From contig OW818675.1 of the NCBI GenBank assembly GCA_942493095.1, forward strand, positions 840,001 to 872,000: 32,000 bases of DNA. Direction: 5' to 3'. Source of the DNA: Candidatus Electronema halotolerans (GTDB lineage Bacteria; Desulfobacterota; Desulfobulbia; Desulfobulbales; Desulfobulbaceae). Positions 9,188 to 17,395 of this stretch are shown here, piece after piece (within the stretch, counting starts at the first letter, position 1; every line of letters starts with the position of its first letter). Both the position numbers and the translations under genes were made by a program. The notes below the pieces were generated by a model, which had not been told where the DNA came from, did no database searches, and was given only the letters and a program-made list of their open reading frames with translations.

Positions 9188-10530
9188 AGACCTTTTTCAG
9201 CCATCTCCCCTTTCAGTGAATGCTGGCCTGCGTGATTGATCGTCACCATGACCAAATCGCCGGGCTGAAGCACTTCCGGCCCTGTGAAATGCACGACATG
9301 ATTGCTGCCCGTGCGGCCTTGCATGCCTGACTCGCTGCGGCCCTCCACCATCACCGCAACGCTTCTGCCAAGGAATTCCTGGTTCCGTGCCAAGCTGATT
9401 TGGTTCTGCCGCCGCTGAAAGCGTTCCAGCCGCTCGCCTTTGACCTGCTCCTCCACCTTGTCAGGAAAGGCTGCCGAGCGCGTGTTGGGCCGGTCCGAGT
9501 ATTTGAAGGAAAAGGAGCCATGAAAGCGCACGTCCTCCAGCAGGCTCATGGTCTGGGTGAAATCCTCCTCAGTTTCGCCGGGAAAGCCGACAATCACGTC
9601 TGTGCTGATGGCGATTTCCGGGCAAAAGGAGCGCAGTTCGGCCACTTTTTCCAAATACAGCTCGCGGGTGTATTTACGGTGCATCCGCTTCAGCACCGCG
9701 TTCGAGCCAGCCTGCACGGGCAGGTGAAAATGCGGGCAAAGGTTCGGCAGATCGCAGAAGCACTGCATCAGCTCAGTGGATAAGTCCTGAGGATTAGATG
9801 TGGTGAAGCGCAGTCGTCGCAGGCCCGGCACGGCTGCGGTCATTTTGAGCAGATCAGCAAAGCTGGTCTCTTTGTCAGCCACGGGATTGGTGCTGCCGTA
9901 GGAGTTGACATTCTGGCCAAGCAGGGTGATTTCCTGCACCCCTTGGCTGATCAGCAGCTCAACCTCCTCCAGAATGTCGGCTGCCGGGCGGCTGATCTCC
10001 CGGCCCCGTGTCGCTGGCACTACGCAGTAAGCGCAGAAATTGTCGCAGCCCTGCATGATGGTGACAAATTTACTCGGAGCCGGAGCAGCGGGCTGATGAT
10101 GCAGGAGCTTCTGGAAGGGCGGAATGACAAAATTTTTGGCTAAACCGCAAGCTGCCTCACGCTGACGTTGGCCCTGCTCCAGCCGCCGGAGCATGTCCGG
10201 GAGCTGCCAGAATTGCTGGGTGCCGACCACAATGTCAACGTGCGGCATCCGTTCAAAAATACGTCCGCCTTCCTGCTGGGCCACGCAGCCTGCCGCAACA
10301 ATGCGCAGGTTGGGCCGCCGCTCCTTCTCCTGCCGGAGCGCGCCGAGCAGGCTGAAGAATTTTTGTTCTGCCTTGGCCCGGATCGAGCAGGTGTTGAGGA
10401 TGATCAAATCTGCCTCAGAAAAGTCCGCTGCCGGGAGATAGCCATCTTGGGCAAGGAGCTGCTCCATGATTTCCGAGTCGCGCTCGTTCATCTGGCAGCC
10501 AAAGGTTTTGATGCAGAGCTGTCTGCTCAT
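9184..10530 (-). CDS. miaB: tRNA-2-methylthio-N6-dimethylallyladenosine synthase (radical SAM methylthiotransferase)
   Basis: MiaB N-terminus (KTFGCQMNERDSE), the radical-SAM CxxxCxxC motif (CDNFCAYC) and a TRAM-like C-terminus. The stop overlaps the cmoA start as ATGA. Confidence 0.9.
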   Translation of the reverse strand: MSRQLCIKTFGCQMNERDSEIMEQLLAQDGYLPAADFSEADLIILNTCSIRAKAEQKFFSLLGALRQEKERRPNLRIVAAGCVAQQEGGRIFERMPHVDIVVGTQQFWQLPDMLRRLEQGQRQREAACGLAKNFVIPPFQKLLHHQPAAPAPSKFVTIMQGCDNFCAYCVVPATRGREISRPAADILEEVELLISQGVQEITLLGQNVNSYGSTNPVADKETSFADLLKMTAAVPGLRRLRFTTSNPQDLSTELMQCFCDLPNLCPHFHLPVQAGSNAVLKRMHRKYTRELYLEKVAELRSFCPEIAISTDVIVGFPGETEEDFTQTMSLLEDVRFHGSFSFKYSDRPNTRSAAFPDKVEEQVKGERLERFQRRQNQISLARNQEFLGRSVAVMVEGRSESGMQGRTGSNHVVHFTGPEVLQPGDLVMVTINHAGQHSLKGEMAEKGL

Positions 10531-10696
10531 GGATTCATTATGCTGTCTAAGAGTTACGCAATGGTGCGAATTCAGGTTCCAAGTGCAACTTTTTTTGCAA
10601 GGTTCAATTTAAAACTTGCGGAGACGAAAACCATCTGATAATTTGATGAATTGCAGCATCATGATTATCCAGACAAAAACAGCAAAGGAGGATGCA

Positions 10697-11218
10697 ATGG
10701 CTGAGGACAAAATGATTTCACGCCAAGCTGCGCTGAACGAGCTGAAAAGATTGGGCATCAGCGGAGAGCAGGTTTATCTGATTGATTTTATTCCGCTCCT
10801 TGAGATAGTGTGGGCGGACGGCGAGGCCCAACCGAGCGAAGTCACCATTTTGGAAGAGTTTGTCGAAAACCATGTGGACAACATTAACAAGCAGGCTGGA
10901 TGCAAAGTCTTGGAGCTTGATCAGGCAAAGGAATTCGTCAACCGGTTTCTTGTCAAGCAGCCTGATCCTGAAATCATGAAGACCTTGCGACGCTTTGTCA
11001 AGCCGCTGCGTCTTTCCTCAGCAGATCAAAAGGAAAATCAGCAACTGAAAGAATCGCTTCTCTGCGCCTGCATGGACATAGCCGCCAGTGCTGTGACCGA
11101 ATATCCTTATGGCCTGCATGACCGATTCTGTCATGAAGAAAAGAGGTGCTTCTTCAGTATATTAGAATCACTGTCAGAGTCAGAGGCGGCGGAGCAGGAG
11201 CACTTCCCCGCTTTCTGA
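10697..11218 (+). CDS. hypothetical protein (possibly TerB-like fold)
   Basis: ATG at 10697 preceded by AAAGGAGGA. Acidic 173-aa protein containing LIDFIPLLEIVWADGEAQPSE. The functional assignment is tentative. Confidence 0.55.
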   Translation: MAEDKMISRQAALNELKRLGISGEQVYLIDFIPLLEIVWADGEAQPSEVTILEEFVENHVDNINKQAGCKVLELDQAKEFVNRFLVKQPDPEIMKTLRRFVKPLRLSSADQKENQQLKESLLCACMDIAASAVTEYPYGLHDRFCHEEKRCFFSILESLSESEAAEQEHFPAF

Positions 11219-11279
11219 CAGAAACAGAATGCGAATCCTAAGCTGATTCGCTTTGCAGACAAGGCAAAAAAAGTGCAGC

Positions 11280-12560
11280 TTACCGCTTTTTCCTGACAGC
11301 CCGTTTATATTTCTTTTTCAAGACTTTTTTCTTGCGAGCTGTTCTTTTTTTGCTGGAACTGGAATCTTTTCCCAGCAGCCGCCGCAGCACGGCAATGCGC
11401 CGGTTGGCCGACTGATTGAGAAGAATCGCATAGGCTCTGCCGTCATTGAGATAGCCGACATAGTTCCACACTCCTTTCATGCTGCCGGATTTGGTCGGCA
11501 CGCCTTGATGCTTGCGCAGCAGCCACGAATATGGCCGGAAAACCCGCAGCACTTCCAGCATGGCCCGCGCCGTGACCCGGTCGCCCCGGTACAAACCTGC
11601 CCCGTCCTTGTGAACAATCGCCGCCGCAGTTGCTGAACCAAGCTGACGGACCAGCTCCTGCTTCATTGCCCGCTCCGCCTTGGCCCACGTCGCGGGCCAG
11701 CCGAACTTTTCCGCACCAATGGCCAAATAGACCAGATTGGAAATGAAATTGGACGAGTATTTGAGAAAGGATGAGGTCAGATCGAGCAGATTCTTGCTGC
11801 TGTGGTGCTCGTAAACGAGCCGGGCGGTCAACGGCACCTGCTTCAGGCCCATTTCGCCCTGGCCGGGAATGCCCGTCTCTTCTTGCAGGGCGCGGAACAG
11901 TTCGGCAGTGTAGCGGGCCATTTTCCGGTCCGCGTTGCAACCGCCTTTGCAGATGTTGATCCGATGACGGCCAGAGGGCCAGCCTGCGGCCATTTCTCCC
12001 ATCAGGGGCAAAAGCGGCGTGTTCGGCTCACCCGACTCCACCACGCCGCCTTTTTGCACCCGGACCGGCACGCTGTTGAAATTGACCGAAGTCGGCCCGA
12101 CCGGCGCGTCATAAGGATTGTCGCTGAACTCGCTGCCCGGAGTCTGGTGTTCAAGGGCAAACTTCGAGCTGTCAACATAAATGGCATTGATCTGCCGCAG
12201 GCCGCGCCGCTGGAGTTCGGCAAAAATCAGCCGGATTTCCTCCGGGATCAGCAGCGGATCGCCAAAGCCTTGGATGTAGAAATTGTTCTGCGCGTCGATG
12301 TAAAAACGGGTTTTGAAGCGGTAGTTCGGCCCCAAAATGGACATGGCGGCCAGCGCGGTCGGCACTTTGAGGATGCTGGCCGGAATATACGACGTGTCAA
12401 GATTGCAGCCTTCAACAATCTTGCCTTGCAAATCGCTGACTCCGTAGGCTCCGTTCTGAATCAGCGTGTTGTATGGCGACGGACAGCCTGCGGCAAGGGC
12501 GGCTTGGTTGAAGGCGACGAGCAGCAGGGCAAAAAACAGAGGGGGTATGTATGAGCGCAT
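11280..12560 (-). CDS. dacB: D-alanyl-D-alanine carboxypeptidase/endopeptidase (PBP4, peptidase S13)
   Basis: Signal peptide, an active-site SxxK context (PASILKVPTALAAM), and PBP4-family similarity throughout. The C-terminal tail is strongly basic. Confidence 0.8.
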   Translation of the reverse strand: MRSYIPPLFFALLLVAFNQAALAAGCPSPYNTLIQNGAYGVSDLQGKIVEGCNLDTSYIPASILKVPTALAAMSILGPNYRFKTRFYIDAQNNFYIQGFGDPLLIPEEIRLIFAELQRRGLRQINAIYVDSSKFALEHQTPGSEFSDNPYDAPVGPTSVNFNSVPVRVQKGGVVESGEPNTPLLPLMGEMAAGWPSGRHRINICKGGCNADRKMARYTAELFRALQEETGIPGQGEMGLKQVPLTARLVYEHHSSKNLLDLTSSFLKYSSNFISNLVYLAIGAEKFGWPATWAKAERAMKQELVRQLGSATAAAIVHKDGAGLYRGDRVTARAMLEVLRVFRPYSWLLRKHQGVPTKSGSMKGVWNYVGYLNDGRAYAILLNQSANRRIAVLRRLLGKDSSSSKKRTARKKKVLKKKYKRAVRKKR

Positions 12561-12883
12561 TTTCAGGGCTATTTTAAGAAGGCGTGAGATGATTGCTGAC
12601 TGCGTCTGAGGCTGACAACAGGATACAGCAAGAAAAGAGAGGATGCAATGCAGTCAGCCATGCAGGTTTTGCCGAGGCAGCTGCCGCCCTGCTGCTTCTC
12701 AGCCCATTCCAGCATACCTACAGCGATTCATCATCTCGTATTTCGAGGAATCATTCTCCAGCCAACGCAAGCATTCGCTCAATCATCAGCTCACCTCATG
12801 GAACATATTCATCTTGCTCAGACATCCCAAAGTCTTAGGTTCGGGAATCTTCTCCTTCCTGCCATGTCGTTATGAAAAAAAAT

Positions 12884-13247
12884 GGGGCGGACTGTAAGCC
12901 GAATCCTGTTCCTGCCAAAGCAGGCCATGATCATTTGACTGGGATGCCGGTCGCCCGGCACCTCGTGCAACCTACCCGGAAACTTTGGACGGGCAGCCCT
13001 CAAGCGTTTCCCTATTTGGTCTTGCACCCGGCGGGGTTTGCCATGCCCTTTGTGTCGCCACAAAGGCGGTAAGCTCTTACCTTGCCATTTCAACCTTGCC
13101 TGTGAGCAGTCGCCTGCTCCATCGGCGGTGTCTTTTCTGTGGCACTTTCCCCCGATTGCCCGGAGTTCCTGTTAGGAACCGCCGCGCCCTGCGGTGTTCG
13201 GACTTTCCTCTCCGGCAGCAAGGCCGGAGCGATCATGCGTCCGCCCC
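12884..13247 (-). ncRNA. rnpB: RNase P RNA, bacterial type A
   Basis: The minus strand carries GGAGAGGAAAGTCCGAACACC (P4 5' strand), GGTAAGAGC, CAAGACCAAATAGGGAA and ACAGGATTCGGCTTACAG (P4 3' strand). A P1 helix forms between GGGGCGGAC (13247-13239) and GTCCGCCCC (12892-12884). A T-run follows the 3' end. Confidence 0.9.
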
Positions 13248-13257
13248 AAAACTTGTG

Positions 13258-13668
13258 TTATTTCGATCTGCTGTCAACGCCCTGATTGGCAAGCTCGTCC
13301 GCCCGTCTGTTCTGCTCTCTGGGAACATGGGCAACAGTCCAGCTTTCCAGCCGGGCCAGCAGGCTGCTCACCTCCTGAAAGAGCGGCTTCAAGGCTTGGT
13401 TTTTGACTTGGTAACGGCCCTGAAGCTGACGGACGATCAGTTCCGAATCCAGCCGGATATCCAGCCGGGCGCAGCCCTGCTCCAAGGCGGTCTGGAGACC
13501 AAGAAGCAGGGCGCGGTACTCAGCAACATTGTTGGTGCATTCACCAAGATAGAGCGACCGGGCCGCCAGCTCCCGGCCTTCTGCGTCCACAAGCACCGCG
13601 CCTGCGCCCGCCTGCCCAGGATTGCCTCTGGAGGCTCCGTCTGTGAAGAGGCAGCAGGCCGCGCTCAT
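13258..13668 (-). CDS. rnhA: ribonuclease HI family protein
   Basis: RNase H fold motifs: TDGASRGNPGQAGAGAV, NNVAEYRALLLGL, DSELIVRQL, REQNRRADELAN. The start overlaps the upstream stop as ATGA. Confidence 0.85.
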   Translation of the reverse strand: MSAACCLFTDGASRGNPGQAGAGAVLVDAEGRELAARSLYLGECTNNVAEYRALLLGLQTALEQGCARLDIRLDSELIVRQLQGRYQVKNQALKPLFQEVSSLLARLESWTVAHVPREQNRRADELANQGVDSRSK

Positions 13669-14438
13669 ATCTCCTCTTCCGCCTCGGTTGGGTCAGCGTC
13701 AGCAGGCTGCTTGCCGCCGCCGTCCGCATTATCAGAGGGCAGATAATAAAGAATGCGCTGGCAGGTCGGACAGGAGCAGATATGCTCGCCCTTGCGCACC
13801 TCGTTGTACTGCTGGGGCGGGGCGGTCATGAAGCAGCCTTGGCAGACTCCGTCGAGAATCCGCACCACAGCCAGCCCCTTCCGTTTCTGAAGCAGCATTT
13901 CATACCGCTTCAGCCGGGCAGGCTGCAGGGCCTCAGCAAACTGGCGGCGCAGCTTGAGCACCTCGGCCCGGCGGCGGTCAATCTCCCGCACTGACTTGTC
14001 AACCCGGCCCGCCTCCTCAGCAAGCAGCTTCTGCTCGCCCTTGCAGAGATTGTCCAGCTCCGCCGCTCTGGCTTCCTCAGCCTCAGCCTCCTCCATCAAC
14101 TGAAGGAGCCTATCATCCGTGTCCTTGATCTGCTGCTTTGCCTCCTCAATTTCCTTGAGCAGGGCCTGATGCTCGCGGCTGGTCTGCACCTGCATCATTC
14201 GTATCTGGCCTTCGCGGATGCGCTCCGCCGCCTCTTCGGCTGCCGTCTTGACCGCATCCCGGCTCTGCTCCAGCTCGACCGCCTTTTCCCGGCACTGCGC
14301 AGCCTGCACCTCCTTGTCGCGGACCGCTTGTTCCCGACCGGCCAGCTCCTGCCGCAGCGTCTCTGTTTCCCGATCCAGTTCGGCCAGCTTGGTGTCAGTC
14401 TCCTGCAAAGCGATGAGCGTGCTGATCTCTTGGTTCAA
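13665..14438 (-). CDS. coiled-coil / C4 zinc-ribbon protein (COG1579-type)
   Basis: Long coiled-coil N-terminus, then a C-terminal CQGC...CPTC zinc ribbon. It occupies the conserved position downstream of a Nif3-family gene. Confidence 0.8.
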   Translation of the reverse strand: MNQEISTLIALQETDTKLAELDRETETLRQELAGREQAVRDKEVQAAQCREKAVELEQSRDAVKTAAEEAAERIREGQIRMMQVQTSREHQALLKEIEEAKQQIKDTDDRLLQLMEEAEAEEARAAELDNLCKGEQKLLAEEAGRVDKSVREIDRRRAEVLKLRRQFAEALQPARLKRYEMLLQKRKGLAVVRILDGVCQGCFMTAPPQQYNEVRKGEHICSCPTCQRILYYLPSDNADGGGKQPADADPTEAEEEI

Positions 14439-14471
14439 AATGCGCTCCTTTCTCTGTATGATAGTTGATCT

Positions 14472-15296
14472 CTATAGATTTTCTGAAACAAACGGCTGCG
14501 CCAGCCGCAGCGGGGCTTCCTGCCGGGCAAGATGAAGCGGCGGCAGGTTCAGGCCCGCCTGCCGCGCCTGTTCAGCAAGCAGCAGGCCGAGTTGGCGCAT
14601 GGCCGGATTTTCGGTGGCAAAATGGCCGCCGTCAAGAAGCCACAGCCCGGCTTCCTCGGCCCAGCGGGCGACATGATGCTTGATTTCTGAAGTAAGAAAG
14701 ACATCCGTGCCTGCGGCCAAGGCAATCTCAGCCAAGTCCGCGCACGAGCCGCCGCAGACGGCAGCCTTGGTCACTGCTGCCGGACGAGGCCCAGCCTCCA
14801 GCAGCCAAGGGAACGTTGCCGCCTTGAGCAGCCGGGCAAGAAAATCCTCCGGCGGCACAGCCTCTGACAGAGAACCGATTCTGCCCAGACCGCAGCGGCT
14901 GCCCTGCTCCTGCGGCAGCAACGGGGAAACATTGGTCAATCCCAATGCTTGGGCCAGCACGTCGCTGACTCCGCCAGCAGCCGCATCAAAATTGGTGTGG
15001 CAGCCGATGACACTGATGTCTGCCCGCAGGGCCGCCGTGAGGAACTGACCTGATGGCTGGTCAGTGCGCAGACGTTGCAGCGGCTGAAAAATGGCCGGAT
15101 GGTGAGTGATGATCAGATTGGCTCCCAGCGACTGCGCCTCAGCAATTAAGGCGACGGTTGGGTCAAGAGCGATGAGAATGCCGTCAACCCTGCTCTGCGG
15201 ACTGCCAATCAGCAATCCGACATTATCCCAGTCCGCTGCAAGGTGCTGCGGAGCTATTGTCTCAAGAATGCTGAGAATTGTCTTGACTTGTGTCAT
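14472..15296 (-). CDS. Nif3-like dinuclear metal center protein (YbgI family)
   Basis: NIF3 family motifs: WDNVGLLIG, ITHHP, IGCHTNFD, GGHFATE. Confidence 0.85.
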   Translation of the reverse strand: MTQVKTILSILETIAPQHLAADWDNVGLLIGSPQSRVDGILIALDPTVALIAEAQSLGANLIITHHPAIFQPLQRLRTDQPSGQFLTAALRADISVIGCHTNFDAAAGGVSDVLAQALGLTNVSPLLPQEQGSRCGLGRIGSLSEAVPPEDFLARLLKAATFPWLLEAGPRPAAVTKAAVCGGSCADLAEIALAAGTDVFLTSEIKHHVARWAEEAGLWLLDGGHFATENPAMRQLGLLLAEQARQAGLNLPPLHLARQEAPLRLAQPFVSENL

Positions 15297-15300
15297 GGTG

Positions 15301-15336
15301 CAAAGAAAAGAGGCACGCCCGTGACCGGGGTGCCTC
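15301..15336 (-). terminator. hairpin plus T-tract downstream of the tRNA (putative terminator/attenuator)
   Basis: The minus strand reads GAGGCACCCCGGTCACGGGCGTGCCTC followed by TTTTCTTTG. It ends only a few nt before the Nif3 start codon. Confidence 0.5.
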
Positions 15337-15481
15337 CTGATGCATCTGGCTGTTCTGCGGCAGAGCTGAAGAGCAGCTTCTTCTGAAAGGAAATTCCGAA
15401 TGTCTTTAGACTCAACAGACTGCGGCGCAAGAAGTATTTTTCATGCAGGATGATGGACATCATCCTGCTGTCTGACTGCGC

Positions 15482-15558
15482 TGGTGGGCCTGCCTGGACT
15501 CGAACCAGGGACCGACCGGTTATGAGCCGGTGGCTCTAGCCAACTGAGCTACAGGCCC
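15482..15558 (-). tRNA. tRNA with CAU anticodon (elongator Met type; tRNA-Ile2/lysidine not excluded)
   Basis: The reverse complement GGGCCTGTAGCTCAGTTGGCTAGAGCCACCGGCTCATAACCGGTCGGTCCCTGGTTCGAGTCCAGGCAGGCCCACCA folds as a cloverleaf. The anticodon loop is CTCATAA, the 1:72 pair is G:C (so not an initiator), and CCA is encoded. Confidence 0.9.
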
Positions 15559-15907
15559 TGCCGCAAGCAGCATATATTACCAGCCGGGCCGCTCAGGTCA
15601 AGAAAAAACAGATGAAAATCGCTTGAAAAAAGCATCTGTCTCATATTTTTATAGACAAGTGTGTATTTTTTTGTTCAGAACAGGTAAAATAGTTTTGTCA
15701 AGGTCAGGTCGTTTGGGCCTGCCTGCCGACACCGACCCGACCGCTTAAATCGAATGGAACTTCGGGTATTTTCTACGCTGTTTTTTTGGCAGTTGAGTAA
15801 TTTTTACACAGAAAGTTTTTTTCGGCAGCAGCTCAGTCGGGCGGGAGAATAAAAAAATTCATTGTGATGCCGAAAGGATGAATTTACGGCAAGCGTGCTG
15901 TGAAAAC

Positions 15908-15923
15908 TGGCACGGAATTAGCA
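15908..15923 (+). promoter_or_regulatory. sigma54-type (-24/-12) promoter candidate
   Basis: TGGCACGGAATTAGCA against the consensus TGGCACG-N4-TTGCW. There is one mismatch and the GG/GC spacing is correct. It lies about 25-35 nt upstream of the RBS and start of the following ORF. Confidence 0.45.
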
Positions 15924-15946
15924 ATGTCAACATCAAGATTGGAGGT

Positions 15947-16414
15947 ATGAAAAAGATGGGCATAGAAAAGATGATTACTGCGCATAAAACAAGAAAGGTT
16001 ATTATTATCGCAACTGCGAGTGTGCAAATTATGACTGCTGCCTGTCTCCAAGCTGCTGAACCATGCCGTCCAGACGGGTTCTGTCCGCTGCCTAACAAAG
16101 AGGCGGATATGAAAGCTGCTCTTCGTGTTGAAACAAAAAGGGCAGCTCTGAAGAATATGTTGAAAAATCAATTTGATCGCTGCGACACCTTTGTCAGCGA
16201 AAAGCTGACTGCAACTTTGGGCCAGATGAATGTGCTGCGGGAGCAGATTATTCTCAAGGCCCTGGAAACAGGGCTTCTCCTTCAGCTTCCTGACATAGTG
16301 CGGGAGGTTGTGCGGAAGAAAGGGGATGAGGGCCAGCAGCTCTGCTGCGGCGCGATGTATTCGAGCCAGTACTTGTCTTTCAGCAGAACCAATTGTATTT
16401 CATCAGAATCGTGA
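15947..16414 (+). CDS. hypothetical secreted protein
   Basis: GGAGG at 15941-15945. Candidate starts are ATG 15947 and ATG 15956, the latter with better spacing. A hydrophobic signal-like segment (VIIIATASVQIMTAACLQAAEP) is present. I recognise no family. Confidence 0.5.
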   Translation: MKKMGIEKMITAHKTRKVIIIATASVQIMTAACLQAAEPCRPDGFCPLPNKEADMKAALRVETKRAALKNMLKNQFDRCDTFVSEKLTATLGQMNVLREQIILKALETGLLLQLPDIVREVVRKKGDEGQQLCCGAMYSSQYLSFSRTNCISSES

Positions 16415-16432
16415 TATTATAAGCTCAACCCG

Positions 16433-16483
16433 ATACCCCGGCAGGTTTACTCCTCCTTTTTTTTCCTGCCGGGGTATTTTTTT
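16433..16483. terminator. hairpin repeat copy 1 (terminator between convergent genes)
   Basis: ATACCCCGGCAGG / CCTGCCGGGGTAT stem, loop TTTACTCCTCCTTTTTTTT, followed by a T-run. Confidence 0.6.
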
Positions 16484-16522
16484 AAAGCTGGTTTCAAGCC
16501 AGTGGTGAATTTGTTCAAACCT

Positions 16523-16569
16523 GATGCTCCGGCAGGTTTTACTCCTCCTTTTTTTCCTGTCGGAGCATC
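16523..16569. repeat. hairpin repeat copy 2
   Basis: GATGCTCCGGCAGG / CCTGTCGGAGCATC stem with nearly the same loop as copy 1 (TTTTACTCCTCCTTTTTTT). Confidence 0.55.
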
Positions 16570-16644
16570 TGTTTTCTCCTTTGTTTTCCTAAGTATTTCA
16601 ATTTTCCCAAACAAACAGCCGCATTCCGTCCTTGCACGTGAAGA

Positions 16645-17340
16645 TCAGACGGAAATGCCGAATATTTTGCCCACTGCCGCAGTCAGCAGCATGGCCAAGG
16701 TGCCCCAGAAGCAAACCCGCAGCGCGCCCCGCAGTGGTGACGCGCCTCCGGCAAGCGCCGCAGTCGCACCAAGTCCGGCCAGCAGAACTATGGCCAGCAT
16801 TGGAACAAACCAGAGCAGCATAGCCCTTGGCACGATTGCCGCTGCTGTCACAGGTGCTGCGCCGCCAATCGTAAAAGAGGCCGCCGACCAGAAAGCTGCC
16901 TGCAGCGGCTGGGCGCTCAGTTCCGAAGTGATGCCAATCTCATCCCGCGCATGAGCCTCCAAGGCATCGTGCTCCATAAGCTGTCGGGCCACTTCTTCGG
17001 CCAAGGCCGCATCCAAGCCCCGCGCCACGTAAATAGCTGTCAGTTCCCGGTGCTCCTCCTCATGATAGTGCTCCAGCGCATGGGCCTCCATCTGCAAATC
17101 CGCCAGTTCGGTGTCTTCCTGTGATTTCACGGACACATATTCGCCAGCAGCCATGGACATGGCCCCAGCAGTCAGGCCGGCTGCTCCGGCCAGCATGATT
17201 TGGGTCTGATCAGAACCGGCAAAGGCGACCCCGACCAGCAGGCTGGCAATGGAGACAATGCCGTCATTGGCGCCGAGCACAGCAGCCCGAATCCAGCCGG
17301 AACGGTGGATGCGGTGATGTTCAGAGCAATGAGCACTCAT
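16645..17340 (-). CDS. VIT1/CCC1 family iron/manganese transporter
   Basis: Family signature WIRAAVLGANDGIVSIASLLVGVA, a central acidic helical region and C-terminal TM helices. Confidence 0.85.
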   Translation of the reverse strand: MSAHCSEHHRIHRSGWIRAAVLGANDGIVSIASLLVGVAFAGSDQTQIMLAGAAGLTAGAMSMAAGEYVSVKSQEDTELADLQMEAHALEHYHEEEHRELTAIYVARGLDAALAEEVARQLMEHDALEAHARDEIGITSELSAQPLQAAFWSAASFTIGGAAPVTAAAIVPRAMLLWFVPMLAIVLLAGLGATAALAGGASPLRGALRVCFWGTLAMLLTAAVGKIFGISV

Positions 17341-17395
17341 AGGGGGCGATATGAAAAATAGAAAAGTCGATCAGTAGAACAGCCTGAAAATACTG

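Noticed and set aside
8384-9235. 283-aa plus-strand ORF
   Set aside because: It is the mirror ORF of cmoA, and only the minus-strand translation aligns to a known family.
11802-12554. 250-aa plus-strand ORF
   Set aside because: It is antisense to dacB, with shadow-ORF composition.
12985-13746. 253-aa plus-strand ORF
   Set aside because: It overlaps the RNase P RNA gene and runs antisense to the RNase HI gene. Both of those are strongly supported.
15447-15470. Perfect hairpin GCAGGATGAT-GGAC-ATCATCCTGC just 3' of the tRNA
   Set aside because: No T-tract follows it on the tRNA (minus) strand. It may be a processing or stability element, but the function cannot be supported. The hairpin at 15310-15336 is the better terminator candidate.
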